Source: Raillietiella orientalis
Lineage: Eukaryota
DNA length: 64,000 bases
Direction: 5' to 3'
NCBI GenBank assembly: GCA_036172245.1
Contig: JAYWIR010000027.1
Coordinates: forward strand, 930,001 to 994,000
The notes under the pieces are model-generated. The model saw only the letters and a program-made list of their open reading frames with translations. It had not been told where the DNA came from and made no database searches. Below, in pieces: positions 36,761 to 50,808 of the stretch. Each line of letters begins with the position of its first letter. Within the stretch, counting starts at the first letter, position 1. The position numbers and the translations under genes were made by a program.

Positions 36761-38059
36761 TAGCGTGAGCCCGGCCTACATGGGAGCGGGTTGCCAGAAA
36801 GTTCGAATCTCACCCGTTAGCCCCTCTCCCCACCCCATCCTTCGTCCACTGGCGGGGAAAGACGTCATCGTCCAAACCCTCGAAGAAACACTTATTTCTG
36901 TTGCAAGGGTCCCAGTCAGGCTGGGAGACCTGGGAGACCCGAGAGGGCTGTGAGGATGGTGAGTAGCCCGGCAGCATCTGCCGGTCGGCGTCCTCTTCCG
37001 GTGGATGCTGGAAGGCACCGCCTCCCTCCTGACGCGCTCCTTCTGGTGCCGCGGGATCCTTGGGACTCCTGAGACGATGGGGTTCTTCGGATCCCTTGAC
37101 GACCTCGTGGGAACTTTCGTGGGGGAAAGCAGGGGACTAGTTTATCGTCCCCCCCCCCCCCCAACTCATTGAGGCTATGAGATCGAAGGACCGAGAGCGC
37201 GGCACGTCCCTCGCTGCGACCGAACGTCGGCAAACTGGCGTTCTCCCGGCCCTGGGTCTGCCACCTCCCGCTCCCGGGTAAAGCTAAACCCGAGCACCCT
37301 CCGGGATGCGGCGGCAAAACCGCCCCCGCAACCGGCGGCGCTTCTGAGCATCCCTCCTGCTCAGGGGAACCCGACGCCTCTCGAGAATCTCCTCGAGCGC
37401 TCTTCGCGTTCGAAGGCGGGCAGGCAGGAGAGGGAGGGGCGGTAGGGGCCGCAGCAGTCGGCAGGGGGATGCTAGGAGGAGGAGGAGGCGCGGGAAAGCG
37501 AGCACTACCAGAGCTCTCTGAGCACGAGCTCTCTCTCTCCCCTTCCCGGCAACGGCAGCAGGCCGCGACCCTTCAGCAGGGATGGTCGGACTGATAGCCG
37601 TCCCCGTGCCGCGGCGAACACCTTCAGGGCTGCAGTAGAAGGCGGGGTGAAACGTCCCTGCGTGACTCACCGGTGCCGGGTCGCCCCTTTGTAGATCACC
37701 GAGGAATTATTAGTCCTCCTCCTCCAGATGTTTCCCTCCGCTGGCCACAACTCCAGGAGGAAGCGGAACAAAGGAAATTCCTTTAGCACTCGATGGACAA
37801 GCCGCGCGCCCTTCTTCCTCCAGTCCCTCTTCCCCGTCCCTCCCTCGGAAAGGTGGATTCCACATTCCCCCCCCCTTCCCTCCTCCCTCTCTTGCTGACG
37901 AGCGCCACCGCCTCTTTCCTCTCCCGCCTGCGGAGCTAAGTTCCTCTCCAGGAGAAGCACGCTGCGGCGAGGGGGAGCGACTATCCCGTTCCTTCCCCAC
38001 CCCCTCCCTTTTCGCGACCTTCCCTTCGAAGCAGGGGGTTCACTCCTCAAGACATGAGA

Positions 38060-38690
38060 GTACCCTGAGAGGGAACCACCTTGTGAATCTGGGAAGGCCT
38101 TCAGCGGAAGGGAGTCCTCTCCTCTCCCTCCCGGGAGGGATTCCCGAAGGGAACCGTCCCTTCCTCCTTCTCTCCGGAGGGACCACCCGGTTCTCAGGGA
38201 TCTCTCGTTTGCTTGTTCTCCGGAGGAAAGCATCCACTTCCGGAATTTCTTCTCCGGAGGGACCCCCGGAAAGGACCTGCTCCCTGTTTCCTCCTTTGAA
38301 GAGAACCTCGAAGGGAGCAGAGAGCTTCCTGCACTCTGAAGAGGCATCATCAATCTGCCAACTCCATCGTAACGAGACGGAGGGGTTTCCCTCGAATGGG
38401 GACGGACGGCTCCATTTAAACCTCCGAAGGGGAATCCCAAAGAGCTCCTCGATTCCTGGAAGGATCCCAGAGGTCGACTCCCAATCCCGGGCTCTCATCG
38501 GGGACATCCGGTTTTTCCAGCTTTCACCAGTGCCTCACCCGATTGTGAGCCTCTCGAGAGTCATCTTGCGAGGAGAACTCGAACCAGCGACACGCCCGTT
38601 TTTCTGGCTTCGGTCCTTCCCCGGGCGGGATTCGAACCCTCAACGGTTGGTGCCTCGCGCGGAGTCCGCCGCCGCGCAGCCTCCGACGCC
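38060..38690 (-). mobile_element. tRNA-headed SINE-like repeat family, copy 3
   Basis: Reverse-complement B box gggttcgaatcccg near 38630. Expanded tctccggaggga subrepeats. Confidence 0.75.
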
Positions 38691-40399
38691 TTTTGCAGCC
38701 TTCCCCGACGACGCAGTGATGCGAGGCGGGCGAAAGGGAGAGGCTGGCTGGGTGCGGGGGAACGAAGGCGGTCGCCCACTTCCTGGAGCTGCGTGCGACT
38801 CCAACTCCTCCCGCGCAGGGAACGTCCGAAGCGACCGAGACGGGTGTCCCGGGAGGGAAGGGACGGCGTCTGCGAGCTCGGGTGCTTAGAGCACTCCTCC
38901 CCTCCCCTCCCCCCTCTGCGAAACCGCGGGGGATGGAGGACGCGGCCGTGCACGCGGCGCGGGGAGGGAAAGAGAAAGAGACGGGAAGCAGGTTCGAAAC
39001 CCACCGCAGGCGGCTTCGCGCAGGGGCTCTCCACCGCCCGTAGGCCACAGGGCACGACGGGGCGCGAGCGAAAGCGGGCGAGGGGCAGGCGTTTCCCACC
39101 TGACGACGAGGAGACGAGGCCGATGACGCCCGCGCGCGCTTGTTTCTCACCTCGTTCCCCCGGAGACGGAGGCGGAAAATCTCCCTCACGGAGAGGAGGA
39201 GGGAGGGAGGGCGAGGCTCTCTCCTCTTCCTCTCCCGAAAGGAATTCCGCCGCCGCCTCGACGCCAGGCAGTGACGCGAGCGAGACTCCGATCCCGGGAT
39301 GGCGAGCCGGAGCACGCGCGCCTGATCCCTCCGTCACGCGCCAGCGCGCGTGAGACCCGAGGTGCAGGAGGACGTCCTGCTGGAGCCACGGGCGAACGTG
39401 ACTCGGAGGTGCCGCCCAGAGGCACGACTACGCGGCGCACGCGCGCGCGGGTGCTCTCCGGGTCAGCACGAGGAGTGATGCGCCGCCGCTCGCTTTCCTC
39501 AGGACCGGTGGCGCTCAGAAAGAGCAGCAGGAACAGCGGTCTCCCTCCAAACCAGGGACCCGGGATAGAGGGGGGAAGGGAGCAAGAAGAACGCGATTCC
39601 CGTAACCAGCTTCCAAAGCAACTGACACCCACCACCAGGGGGGGGGGGGAAGGGAGTGATTTCAGAGGACACCGTGTGGTTGGCGGTCTGTTGAAGCCGC
39701 GCCCACTGGAGTTGCGGGCGACTTTCGGGTCTGCGGCCGCAAGGAAAACACCGCGCGATCAGACATGTACATGTACGTACAAGTGCAGCGTTCGGGAACG
39801 ACACGAGGTCGGAAAGGGCCGGAAGCGGAACGTTGTTCCCGACGATGCTGGGCAAAGCAAGACGAAAGGGTCAGGGGCACCCCCGAGTGAGCGAAACGCA
39901 TGTGGCTATCACGAATCCCTCGGCATTTGCGGATTTCCGCGTGGTCCCTGAAGACGCTGACGCCGACGCCGTGGCGCTGCGTCAGGGGCCGGAGGTGCTC
40001 GTTCTTCGGAAGGGCTCCCGTGTATCCCGATGCTGCCTCTGGTGACGGAGTTGGCGAGGAGGAGGTGATGGGACGGGAGGGGGGGGGCATGCGGGAGCGC
40101 TTGGGGTCAGCGTGTTTTTTCGACTTAGGAACTCTTCGGCAGAAGTCCCAGGCGGGAAGAGAACCGTGGGGGATCCAGTTGACGCGAGAGGTCAGCACTC
40201 CCTCCTCGCGCCCTTCGGAACGTTCAGACGGACTCCCTCACCCGCGTTGCGGGGAAACGATAATCTTTCGCGGGTCCCCATCTTCGCGGCATGCCCGTCC
40301 TCGTAGAGGGAGGTCCGGGATTCTTGAAGGCTATTCTGATTCGGGGGGTGACCTGGTTCGTGACGAGGTCAGCTTTAGGCCTCCGGGATGCTCGATGTC

Positions 40400-41500
40400 G
40401 CCGCTTCCTTTCCAGTGCGCTCCGCGCTTCTCTTCAGCCCCTCATCATCCCGTCGCTGCCGGGATCCCGAGGGAGAAAAAAGCCACGGCCAACATCCGCG
40501 CTGCTGTGGATCCTGACCCCCTAGTGGGCAGGCAGCCCTTGGCTCTCGATCTCTCTTCCGTCTCGCCTCTTCCGGCGCCGTTGCCCCACGCACCCAAAGG
40601 GTACAGTCACGCCCCCGGTGCAGGGTTGCCTTCGCGCTGTCTCGGAGAGTTGGAGACCCGGCTTAAGCTTCGAACTTGCTACCGGGACAGGCTGATCGGG
40701 AGGGAACAGGACTTCCAGTGCCGACCTCAGAGCAGCCCTCCTGGTTCGGTTCACCTGCTCGTCGTGTCCTTACCCAGCCACGGTCTGCTTGATGGCACCC
40801 ACATTGGGGAGGGTGGTGCAGCGGTTCCTCTCTTCTCCTTCACCACCTGAGGTGCTGTCGGAGCTGCTCCTGGTCTAGGTAATGACCAGGAAGAAGGTCA
40901 AGTTCGCGCTGCGCAAGTATGTCAGCCTTGAATCCAGGTATCTTGAATGCCCTACGCTAAGCACGGGGCGTCCTGAAGCCGGGTTGCCTTCGCGCTGCCC
41001 GGAGAGTCCTGCTGAATCTTGAGGGCTACCTTTTCCTCCCCTCCTTTGGCCCAGATCTCCGCCCACTCCGTTCGAACCTCTTGGATCGCCATTTCTTCTG
41101 CAGAAGAATCTTTTCTACCTCATGTGAAGATGCCGCCATTTTAGGGGGCGCGACGAAAGCGTTGGGGATGGACCTTGTTGGAAGTGACATCGCTTTTGCC
41201 AGGGGCACTCGAGGCTGCGTGCCCGAACAGAGGGGGAAGGACGTGGAGACTGCGGCCTCCACCGAAGTGGAGGCGCACCCAGTTCCCGGGCCGCAGCACC
41301 CATCAAAGCCTCAGACCACGCGAGAGGCGAAAGACAGGAACCTGCATGCTGGGAGTGAAGCCCTCACGTTCTCCGAAGGAGCTTCAGCATCCGCTGGAGC
41401 GCTGCGTTCACAAAGGGACCCCAGTCACCTAGTAAGCCAGGTCGTGGAGAGCAATCGCTTGATGCGACACGCTGGATTAGACGGGGTGGAAGCAGAGGAG
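40400..41500 (-). mobile_element. Decayed LINE RT relic
   Basis: In order: PGKSDVTSN (~PGRSI.DN), GQREGNP (~GVRQG.P), YLRSANLTFFL (~YADD.T.FL), HWKSCSLPISL. Confidence 0.4.
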
Positions 41501-43058
41501 GGTGAAAACTGACTCTCCCTCCTCCCCGTCCTTTCTGAAACGAAGGGTCTGTTGCGCCTTGCTTTTAAAACCCGTGGTTCCACAACCGGCAGGCCCGTTA
41601 GTCGCGGGAGAAATCTCACGAACTGGTCATAAAATGATCAGAAACGCGCCAGTCATTTTTTAATTAAGCAATTGTTTTCGAGGGAACAGAAATTGCTTTC
41701 GTTTAAATGTTCACACAAAGGGGAGGAGGAGGAGGAAGGGATTCAGGGGTCCGCCGCTGCGTTTCCATGCCGACCGTAACGGTGACGCAAGGAAGCAGAG
41801 GAACTCTTTCCCGGTTCTCTCTTAGAAAGCTTCCAGAAGTTTCGGTCTCGCTTTTTGTGTGTGTGTGCGTTTTTTGTGCGTGCCAAACTGAGCAGCAATT
41901 TGTCGCTCTTGCTAAAAGGCGACAATTGCTCGCGCTGATCGGAAGAAGGAAAAGGCTCGGCTACTCGTGGAAATTCGAAGCTCCCTCCGCATGTGATTTT
42001 TCCCATTTCCTCGGGAAGAGAGAGAGGGAGGAACTGGTGAGTTAGCGAAGAAGTGGTTTCATAGAAGATCCGCTCGGATCGGTCCGCATTCCTCATCCTT
42101 CCCAACGAAGTAAAGAGTTTTCATGACCCCTTTTCAGATGAGAAGACCCGCCGCGTCTCGTGCCTTTCGGGTAAGGGGGGAAGATGGAGGAGGGAGTTTA
42201 GAGTGAGGGGAACTCCCCTCGGTCGCCACCAGAGCCACTCTCTCGGGTCCTTGCCAGTGGTGATCTCCGGAGAGGAAGCCCAATTTGGACATTCGATCCC
42301 CGAGAGGTTCTCAGGGGTCCCAAGAACACGAGAGAGTGAAATTGGAGTTGAGGAAGACCGAATCCGCTCGCTCGCTAGTTGGTGCGCGTGCGCTAGGCGG
42401 CAGGCCCCCACTTTCGTCCGGCGAAGAAAGCTCTCCATAGGGACGGCGTGCTCCAGCAGCAAGAGCCAGCTGGATAGGCGCACGCGCATCGCCATTCCCT
42501 CAGCGAGTTAATTCGAATAAAGAAATTGCACCTTTTTTTTTTTTTCGCCCTGTGTTTTCCTCAGACGTGCACGCTGTTACCTCTATTTAAAATAATCTCT
42601 GGAACGTCTTAATGATCGCGGCATGACCTTCGAACGTTAATCACGGTTGTTACTTCTCATCTGTTCACGTTGCTGGAAATCCGAAACTGGCATCTCGTTT
42701 CAATTAACCGAAATTACCGAACTTGCGTCTCCTGTATTTTAATTATCCTCTTTAGTCGGGCTTCGCCATTTCTTTGCGCTCCGAGACGGCTCTGCTTAGC
42801 ATGGGAAAACGGAGATGGCCTCTGAGCGCGCGCGCGCGCGATCGCCGCCGCCTAGTGACTACGCAGGCGCACCGTTCTGCCCGTTGCCCAGACGTAAGCG
42901 ATCCGTCCATCCTTGGCTCGACCTCGCACGGCGGTGGAACCGCGCGTTTCATCTGGAAGAGAGGTGGAAAAACGACGGCTCGCTGCCACCACTTAGACGC
43001 AATTAGTCATCGAGATGGTTTTGCAATTGAACGCACCCTCCTCGATGGATTGTTTAAC

Positions 43059-43072
43059 CAGGGGTCGGCAAC
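43059..43072 (+). mobile_element. Orphan hAT-like terminal inverted repeat CAGGGGTCGGCAAC
   Basis: Matches the typical hAT/Charlie MITE terminus and is preceded by tgtttaac. No partner TIR found. Confidence 0.3.
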
Positions 43073-43397
43073 GTCCCTCCAGTGCCTCGCCGTCGCTCAC
43101 GTGCTCAGTCACTGCCCTCACCACCCGGCCGTCTTTCTCAGGATAAAAAGAGAAAGTGAGAAGAGCTGGCATAAGAGATGCTTTCTTCTGGAAAGCGCAC
43201 AGAAGTACAGGCCCCCGCAGCCCCTTCCGCGGCATCCTCCATGCATCCTACGTCCTCGTTGACAGGGTCACGTCGGGTATTCGAACCCCAGCTCTGGAGC
43301 TCTCAGCAACTTTTCAAAGCCCATTTGCCCGAGTCTCGCCATTGCTCGAGACTAAAAAGCGTTGCTGAGGAGAGGGGCCTCTCTTGACCGGACTCTT

Positions 43398-44180
43398 GGC
43401 CGCCGGGATTGGAACCCGCAGCCTTCCGCTCGGTGCCGGATGGCATCTCTGCCGCCGCACCACGCACCACTCGCTCCCAGCTTCGTCGCCTCGGCGTGGC
43501 GACAACGCTCGACCCTCTTCGGCCGTCTCGCCCCGACGTTCGGAGGGTGCGCCTCGCTCGGCGCCTCCGCCGGACACGGCCCTGTCCGTGTCCGACAACA
43601 CCAGCACTCCCAGCCACTCGGAATTGCCGGCTCTTGCGGGACGCCTCCTCCCTCCCAGTGCCTTCCGGTGCGTTCCAACGAAGTCGCACTCTGCAAGCAC
43701 CCTGACAACAAGCACCGTGATGCATGGAAACCGGGGACCAGGTCCCCTCTCCTTCTTTGTTGGTTGCCTCCCACCGCCAGCACGAACGTGGCGCACCCAC
43801 CCTCGTGCGCCCCGCGCCGACCCTGTGGGTCGCGGCAGGCGGTTCCTCCTTTTCTCCGGCAACCTGCTTCCGTGCAGGTCCGGGGGACTGGGCACCCTCC
43901 AGGCAGCGCTGCTGGCCCCCACGGCTCGGTGCATCTGCGTCCGATACGGTCGCCAGCATCGCGCGGCGTAGTTCATGGGTGCGACGTCCTCGCAGGGTCC
44001 GTGCGGTCCGAGGGCGGCAGGAGGAGGGGAAGAGGAGACTCTTCCCCCCTGGCGGTGGACGCGGGAGAAGGACGCTGGTCCCGAAGCCGTTGGTTGCCAC
44101 ATATTTTGGATCCGATTCCGGCGAGTCCGCTCTCTTCTGGTGCTTCGACGGTTCCGTCCGGATGGCGTCCCAGCCGATGC
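43398..44180 (-). repeat. 783-bp inverted duplication, copy A
   Basis: Reverse complement of 50809-51591. Overlapping ORF translations are identical in both copies. Confidence 0.95.
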
Positions 44181-44479
44181 GTCTGCTCCTGTAGTGATGG
44201 ATGCTATGCAGAACCATCTTCATCTCGCTGAGCTGCTCCGCACCGGTTTGCGGGATGCGCGACCCTCGTAGGGCGCCGTCGACCCGACGATGTTCGCACG
44301 ACCTGGCCCTAGGTTTGTCCGAGGAGTGAAAGGGAGAGAGTACGTGGTTCCAGCATTTTTGTTTTTTTTGTCATCGAACGCTGCCGTCGTGCTTTTGGGT
44401 GCGCAGCACGCATTCGGTGCAATCGGTTTGTTTCCTCCCTTATGCACGGGGTGAGGTGGTGCTGGTGGCTTCACTTGAG

Positions 44480-45320
44480 GCGGCGACTACCAAAAGGACA
44501 AGAGTGGGGAGTTTGGTTTCAAAAACCAAGATGAAGATGTCGCCGTACGTCCAACTGCGAAAAGGGAAATCCCCCAGCAGAGGGCCGGCTAGGCCGACTT
44601 GGCGGGAACGCCAGCTTTGGCTTTGCAGCCGAAGGGCAAAGAGACTGAGGGAAGTTGAAATCCCGCTACCGTGCAGGCATCCGGAAGGAGGTCGCAGTAT
44701 CGCAAATTTGCTTGTCTTGTCGCCTGAGGTGTTCTGGTCGACTTTGAGCACGTGCAAGCGATTACCGATGATGCAATGTTTCCCTGCCAGACAGCACTGC
44801 CTGCTTTTCCCTGGAATACCGGGGTTGGGTCCGGTCTTTAACGAGCTCGCAAGTTTTCTTCTTCAATTAGCAGGCAGAGGGTGGTGGATGCAAGTCGTTT
44901 CTGGTGGAGGATTTATGGCGAGAGTCCAATAGGCTGCTACCAGACCATGAATTTCTCGTTTCGGGAGCTTGTTCTTGGAGATGTTCATCTGTCCTTATCG
45001 TCGGCATTCCCACAGCTCCCTGTGAGTATGGCAACGCTCGAGATTCCATCCTTGGTGTAAACGTGGCCAAAGGACTTATGGCAATGATGACTGCGCCTTC
45101 TCGTCCCATGCATGAGCAAACTCTTTGATTAAAGAAGATCCACTGTACAAATTGGGTCACGATTTGGGATTTGTCTTCAGAGACCAGGTCAAAACAAAGA
45201 TTGAGACTACAAAAGGGGGTGAATGCCCTAATGCATGCATCCTGCTCCGATGCTTTTGCAACTCTCAGGAAAGTAAAGAGTCCTTGAAACTCTTCGCCTC
45301 CTCAAACACCATTTGACAGG
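44480..45320 (-). mobile_element. Decayed LINE RT relic, possibly of a different (PQGS-type) clade
   Basis: PSGCLHGSGISTSLSLFAL (~GVPQGS.LSP.LF.L) followed by WTYGDIFILV (~YADD..I). Confidence 0.4.
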
Positions 45321-48299
45321 AGAGATCTCCGAAGACTTGGGATTAACTGAACCCTGCTTAGAGGCTGGTCCAATGGGCCTCACCTTCCCATGAGACCTCC
45401 AGGATCTCAGAGGAGTATCTGCCGCCGCTACCAATATTTGTCGGAAGAAATAACGGGAGACGGCAAGCCCGAGTCCTTCTGAGCTCAGCCGCAAGCCGTT
45501 TCTACTCCTCGGAACGTGGGAACTGTCGTCACTCTACGAAGACGCTGGAAAGGCTCTGTACCTCCAGTTGTAAGATCTCGATAACCCAGTGCCACCTACC
45601 TCCAAGGCCTTTTGAGTTTACCTGTCTGGCTTCAGGAGGCGGATCTTTGTGCGCTCTCTTTGGAGGGTTCCCACTTCATGGTTGCCACGATCCTGTGACT
45701 CGTGGTGGACAGCGGACCTTAGGAATTTGTGGATTCTCAAAACGGAGACCACATTTGTCTCCTGTAACAGATGTGAACTTCATCCTTGTCTTCCTGGGAC
45801 ACCGATAGTTGCCAAAAGGCGATCTTCACTGGTCTTCCCGAGCGCATGTGGCTCCCTCTGCACTCTCTGGAGTTCACCTTCCTTTCGAGCGTCCCAGCGT
45901 TTGCCAGCAGCACAACGAAAAGAAAGCCCGAGCCCCGCGCTCGCCCCCTCCAACGCGGCACGGCACGATATGCGCCAACACGATAATAAGCACCCCCGGA
46001 TAGGAAAGGACGCCATGCTTTAAGGGCATCGAGTTACTTTCCCGCCTGCGGGGGCCACCCACGATTCTCCTACCACGGCCTTATCTGTGCTATACGGACA
46101 CACCTTCTTCCCGAGAGAGGATCTGCGAGGAGAGAGGTCGCTCCTGTAGATGCCACAACAAAACCAGTTCAGTTACCACGGACATTTCTGGAGTGCCTAT
46201 CGAAGAAGCAGGAATCTTCCGTGGACCTTCCGTCATCCTCTTCTTCGAGTTCCGGGGGCGGAAAATCCGGAAGCCTCGCAAGGGCCGGGATGTCTGGACG
46301 GCCAGGCGGAAAGATGTTCGCGGCCTGTGGACGTCCACTCGGATTCCATTGCGACAGACTTCTGAACAGAGAGCTCAAAAGTGAGGTTGGTTGGACCGAG
46401 GGCGATTGGTGGTGATGGGTGGCGGACGGTCCACCGTCAGGTCCCTGAGGAGGAGGCCATGATTCTCGGAGGTCGCCTCCTCGCTGCCGGAGGTCCAGCT
46501 GACGCCCCCAGCGCGACTCTCGTGAGCGCCTGAGATTCGAATGCGCTACCCTCTCCCCGAGGTCCTCTTTTAGTATATGTACAGCCGAAGTCGTCCTCCG
46601 CGCCGTGCAGCCGCCGCCTTCCGATCCTTTGTCACCTCGCTGTTCCAAGGGATTCCGCGCGGGACGGCGAGCACGGAGCACCCAACACCATCCCGACTTC
46701 CCGGACTGTTTCCGAACTCCCAGCAGCAGGGAGGTCGCCGGAGCAACGGCATCTCTGCCCTGCTACTTCCCTGAACCCAGCCGTTGCCGTCGTGACCGTG
46801 ACTCCGCCGAAAAGGGACGGACGCTGCATTGGGGCAGTCCGATAGAGAAGGAGCACCTTCTCTGAAGGCTCACTGGGCCCGTCACGGGGGTGTGAACGGC
46901 CAGAGGTAATGCGTGCCCAGCGGTCCAGCAGCGGGCTCCGGAGCGGTTCCCACTGCAAGGACGTACCTCGGCTCGGAGACCAGAAGGTCTCCCCCTCGTC
47001 CGACGCGAGCGCCGACGCTCCCTGCCCAGAGTCACAAGAAGGGTACCTACGCGCGAGAGCAGTGGCAGCGAAGACCAGGAACGACCCTTTCCTGTGGCCC
47101 CTGCTGCGAGCCTTGCGGAAGGCGGAGATACCGCTCGAAAGGGGAGAGAGGGGATGCGACACTCGGTTTGAGGTGCGATCCGTTCCGTCGGCGACCCGCT
47201 AGTCCTCGACGCCGCAGATCACTTCCACCGGAACTTGGTTCGAAGCAGGTTGAAGTCGGAGACGGACGACGCGGCGTGGATGACCGGAAACGACGTAGTA
47301 GCCGACGGGATCTTTCCGGAATGAACTCAGCAAGCTGATGCCTCCGCGCGAGAGAGAATGCTGAGGGAAGAGCAGGCTGATGACGCCTATCGTCGTTTCC
47401 GAACGCCCGTCCCGGACCAGCAGCCGTTAGCCCTCAGAGGAGCGGAGCTGCGTGAGACCCTTCCCTGGCATTTCTTTCCGGAAACCCGAAATGAAGAGAG
47501 AGATGGGGAAGGAGGGAGGGTGGAAGGAAAAGAAAGAGACATGGCGGCTCCCCCTCCCCTTTCCTCCCGTAGCTCTTTTTGACTGTCCGCTGCCTCTCTC
47601 TTTTTTGTCTCCTTTGGATCGTTAATTTGCTACAACTCTGTGTCGGCTACCCCCGCTTCATTTCCGGCGCTCGTCTCTCTCGTGCGTCGTCCTTGAAGTT
47701 CCCTTTATGCGCGCGTGTGTTGCGTTCTGCGGACTGAGGCACCCAAGAATTTGCTGCTGCCGTTTCCAGGAGGAAACAGAAAAGCCAAAAAACAAAAAGG
47801 AAAACAACAAGAAAAAAGGGACACCCTGACGGCAGGATTCCGGAAGCAGCATCCAAAGAAAAAAGAGGAGGAAAGAAGGACATGCTGAGGGAAGACCGCT
47901 CGGAAGTTCCAATTTCCGAGGTCGAGGGTCAGCCGCCATCACTACCTCCTTCCGAAGCCGGTGAGGTCGCCGACCGGCTGACCATGAGCTTTTGCGCCTC
48001 GTGGGGGAAGAATCCACGCCCGGTGCCCCGGGAAGCGGCACTGGAAGGAGCTCAAGCAGATTCAGGGGCAGAGCTTGCAGTCGCCGTCGAGTCCCTACTC
48101 CTCCTGGCCGCCAGGCGGTGGAAGCGGCCAGCTGGTCTTTGCCGCCGACGGCAGAGGCGTCTGCGAGAGACAAACCGCTGCCTCCTCGGCGGCCATGAAC
48201 AGCCCGTGTCTGGCTGCTGGGCCCCTCCGCTTCAGTCCTTCACTTCTTCCTTCTCGCCCTCTTCCTGCCCTTTCGCCTCCTGGAGCTCATGGGAAACAA

Positions 48300-49100
48300 G
48301 TCGGGGCAGCGGCCGTCTCTGACGGACACTCTCGATTGGCGGTCCAAGAAAAAACGGTTTAAGGTCGTCCGGAGCTCTAGCTACTGAAGAAAGTTCCTTT
48401 GCTCTCAGTGCAGGGCAGCACTGGCGCGAGAGAGCATCTCTTTCCTTCGCAAAACGCTTCCAGCTGCTGGAGCTATCATCCGCTAAGAGCGGGGGAAGAT
48501 CGAAACCTTCCCACCCCGCGTTGCCGGGCCGACCATTCGAGGGAAGCGAGCGGGAATTCATGGGGTAGGAGGGGGCCCAAACGAAGCGAAACGAGCCCTT
48601 GCCGGAAGCGGCGGAAATGGGGAGGCGGAGAAGAGAGAGTGAAGCGGGAGGGTCGAAAGGTGAGCAGGTGAATAGCGGACCATGTGGAGCAACCCTCTTG
48701 GTGACCAACGCCATTCCCGAGGTCCTGGATCGGGCACAAGCAGACCCTTGTCCTCGATCTCGTACCCCGTGCATCCCGCTCCCCCATGCAGCCCGCCGTG
48801 CAGACTGCTCCCTGGGATCACGCCCATGCTCTTCATCCATCGAGGCGACCGCCACTGCGGCAGAGGGTAACGGCGGAGAGAGGCGAGCTTCGTCCAAACG
48901 GAGAGTCCCAGTGGAAGAAGGGGAGGCGCTGGACTTGGTTGGACCCTTCCTGTTCCGGCTGCACCCTCGGGAGCACTCCCGAAGCGCGCGCGGCGGTATT
49001 GCAGCATGAGGACCCTTCCCGCTGGGAACCCTCAGTTCGTCGTTTCGGGGGAGACCCCGGAGCGCACTAGCAGGATGGCCTGCCGGCACGGAAGGGGGAG
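48300..49100 (-). mobile_element. Decayed L1/Tx1-like RT relic
   Basis: VAVASMDEEHGRDP (~SLDQEKAFDRV), then GVGHQEGCS / GPLFTCSPFDP (~GVRQGCPLSP.LF...DP). Confidence 0.45.
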
Positions 49101-49714
49101 GGCGCGAAGTTCTTGAGCGTGGTCCCGCGGGTCTGCTGCGTCGTCCCTAACGAGCGATGGGCTTGGCGATCCGGAAAGTCAACCCGGCGTGATCAGGAGC
49201 AAACGAAGGAGAAACCCCCCACGCGTCCTGTTTGCCTCCACGTGAACGCTGATTGGTGCGATGGCATCGTAGGAAAAGACTGACGGCGGGAGGAAGAGGA
49301 AGGCGTGATGGCCTCTGCCGAGAGTCGCGAATGGGAGTCTGTAGGGTGCGTTCTTCCCTCCCAGGCTTTCAAGGGCTCCCGGGAGCCGCTCCCACCGGAC
49401 GCGGGAGGAGTTCCGAGGGGGCCGCTCTAACCTCTGAGAGGCGGCGCCCACCGATGCTATCAGCGAGGCTGGCGAGCACCTCTGAGCCCGCAACGGACTT
49501 CGTTGGAAGCCTAATTGAGGTCTCTCTCCCTCCGCAGCAATTCTCCTACCGCACCTGTGGATGGTGGTGGACGTCCTCCCGGGTTCTTCTGCTTCCTTCT
49601 TCCCCTGGCTTTCCTTTCTTTTGGTTGGTCCAGTTCTGAAGGACCGTCGCGCTCCTGGCAGCTCACGAAATTCTTTGATGCTGTCCACGCCACCTGGGGC
49701 TGGTGGACGTGTCA

Positions 49715-50363
49715 AGTCCTTAAGTTAGGGGTGACCACCCAATGAATTCGGGAAGACTCCGGAGGAGAGAGTCCGTTCCTCCTACGGTTGATGGAGGACC
49801 CCAGTGGGAACCCTCGCCTTGACTGTCTCCGAAGGGAGCCCTGAAGGGATCCTCTTCTTCCTTATTCTCTATGGAGGGACCCTCCGGGGGTGACCTCCTT
49901 CTCTAGAAGGACCCCTGGCAAAAGAACCGCTCCTTGGTTTCTCATCTTCTGAAGAGAACCCCTCGAAGGGACGCCTCCCGAATTTTCTCAGAATGGAGCT
50001 TTCCCGAAAGAAGCAGCGCGCTGGTGGCACTCTGCAGAGGTGTCACCAATCCTCCAGCTCCGTGTTACACGATGGGGGACCCTTCACCCAATGGGTGAGA
50101 AGACGGATCCATTTGCACAACCGGAAGGGAACTCCGAAGGACTCCTCGATTCCCGGAAGAGTCAGCTCCCAATCTCCGTCACAATTCAGGGTCATCGCAC
50201 CCGAATGAGCCAACCAACGTCATCCTGCGGGGGTGAGGTACTCGAAACCCTCGACGCATCTCTTCATCCTCGGAGTCGCTCCTTCTCCCGGGAAAGGTTC
50301 GAACCCGCAACACCTGGCGCCGCCACACGCAGAGACCGCAGCAGCACGACTGCCAACGCGGGC
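49715..50363 (-). mobile_element. tRNA-headed SINE-like repeat family, copy 4
   Basis: Reverse complement gcccgcgttggcag...gttgcgggttcgaacc. Body collinear with the other copies. Confidence 0.75.
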
Positions 50364-50808
50364 TCATTAACGTAGCACCAGTTGCCCGTTCAACTCGAAA
50401 GGGATGCTGCACGGGATGACTCCTGCCCTCCCGAGGCGTTGCGCGGACGGTGCGAGATGCTGGAAGCGAAGGACACCCAGAGAGCAGTCGTCGCTGCCGT
50501 CTGACCTCGTCCCGGGCAAAGGCAACCACGTCATGCAATAAACGAACTGCTTGTCCGAAGGCTCACGGGCAGCGCTCAAGATGGAGCGCCTAGGAAAAGA
50601 AGGACGGAAGGCGCTGCTGGAGGCACGATGAGGAACGACCTCTCGCCCTCGGGAGTCCGAGAGCTGCTGCCCACAGGATGCTCCCGAGTCATTGGAGACC
50701 CCGAAATGCCGAGGTCCTGAGGAAGCGGAAAACTCCTAGGAGCCATGCGAGCCAATTCTCCAAAACGATGGCGCCGTCCACTATGTAACGTGTCAGAGTC
50801 ATCTGGAT

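Noticed and set aside
45320..45900. Possible SGNH-esterase ORF1 relic (RNGLRLSSEG)
   Set aside because: A single weak motif with the catalytic residues missing. Not supportable.
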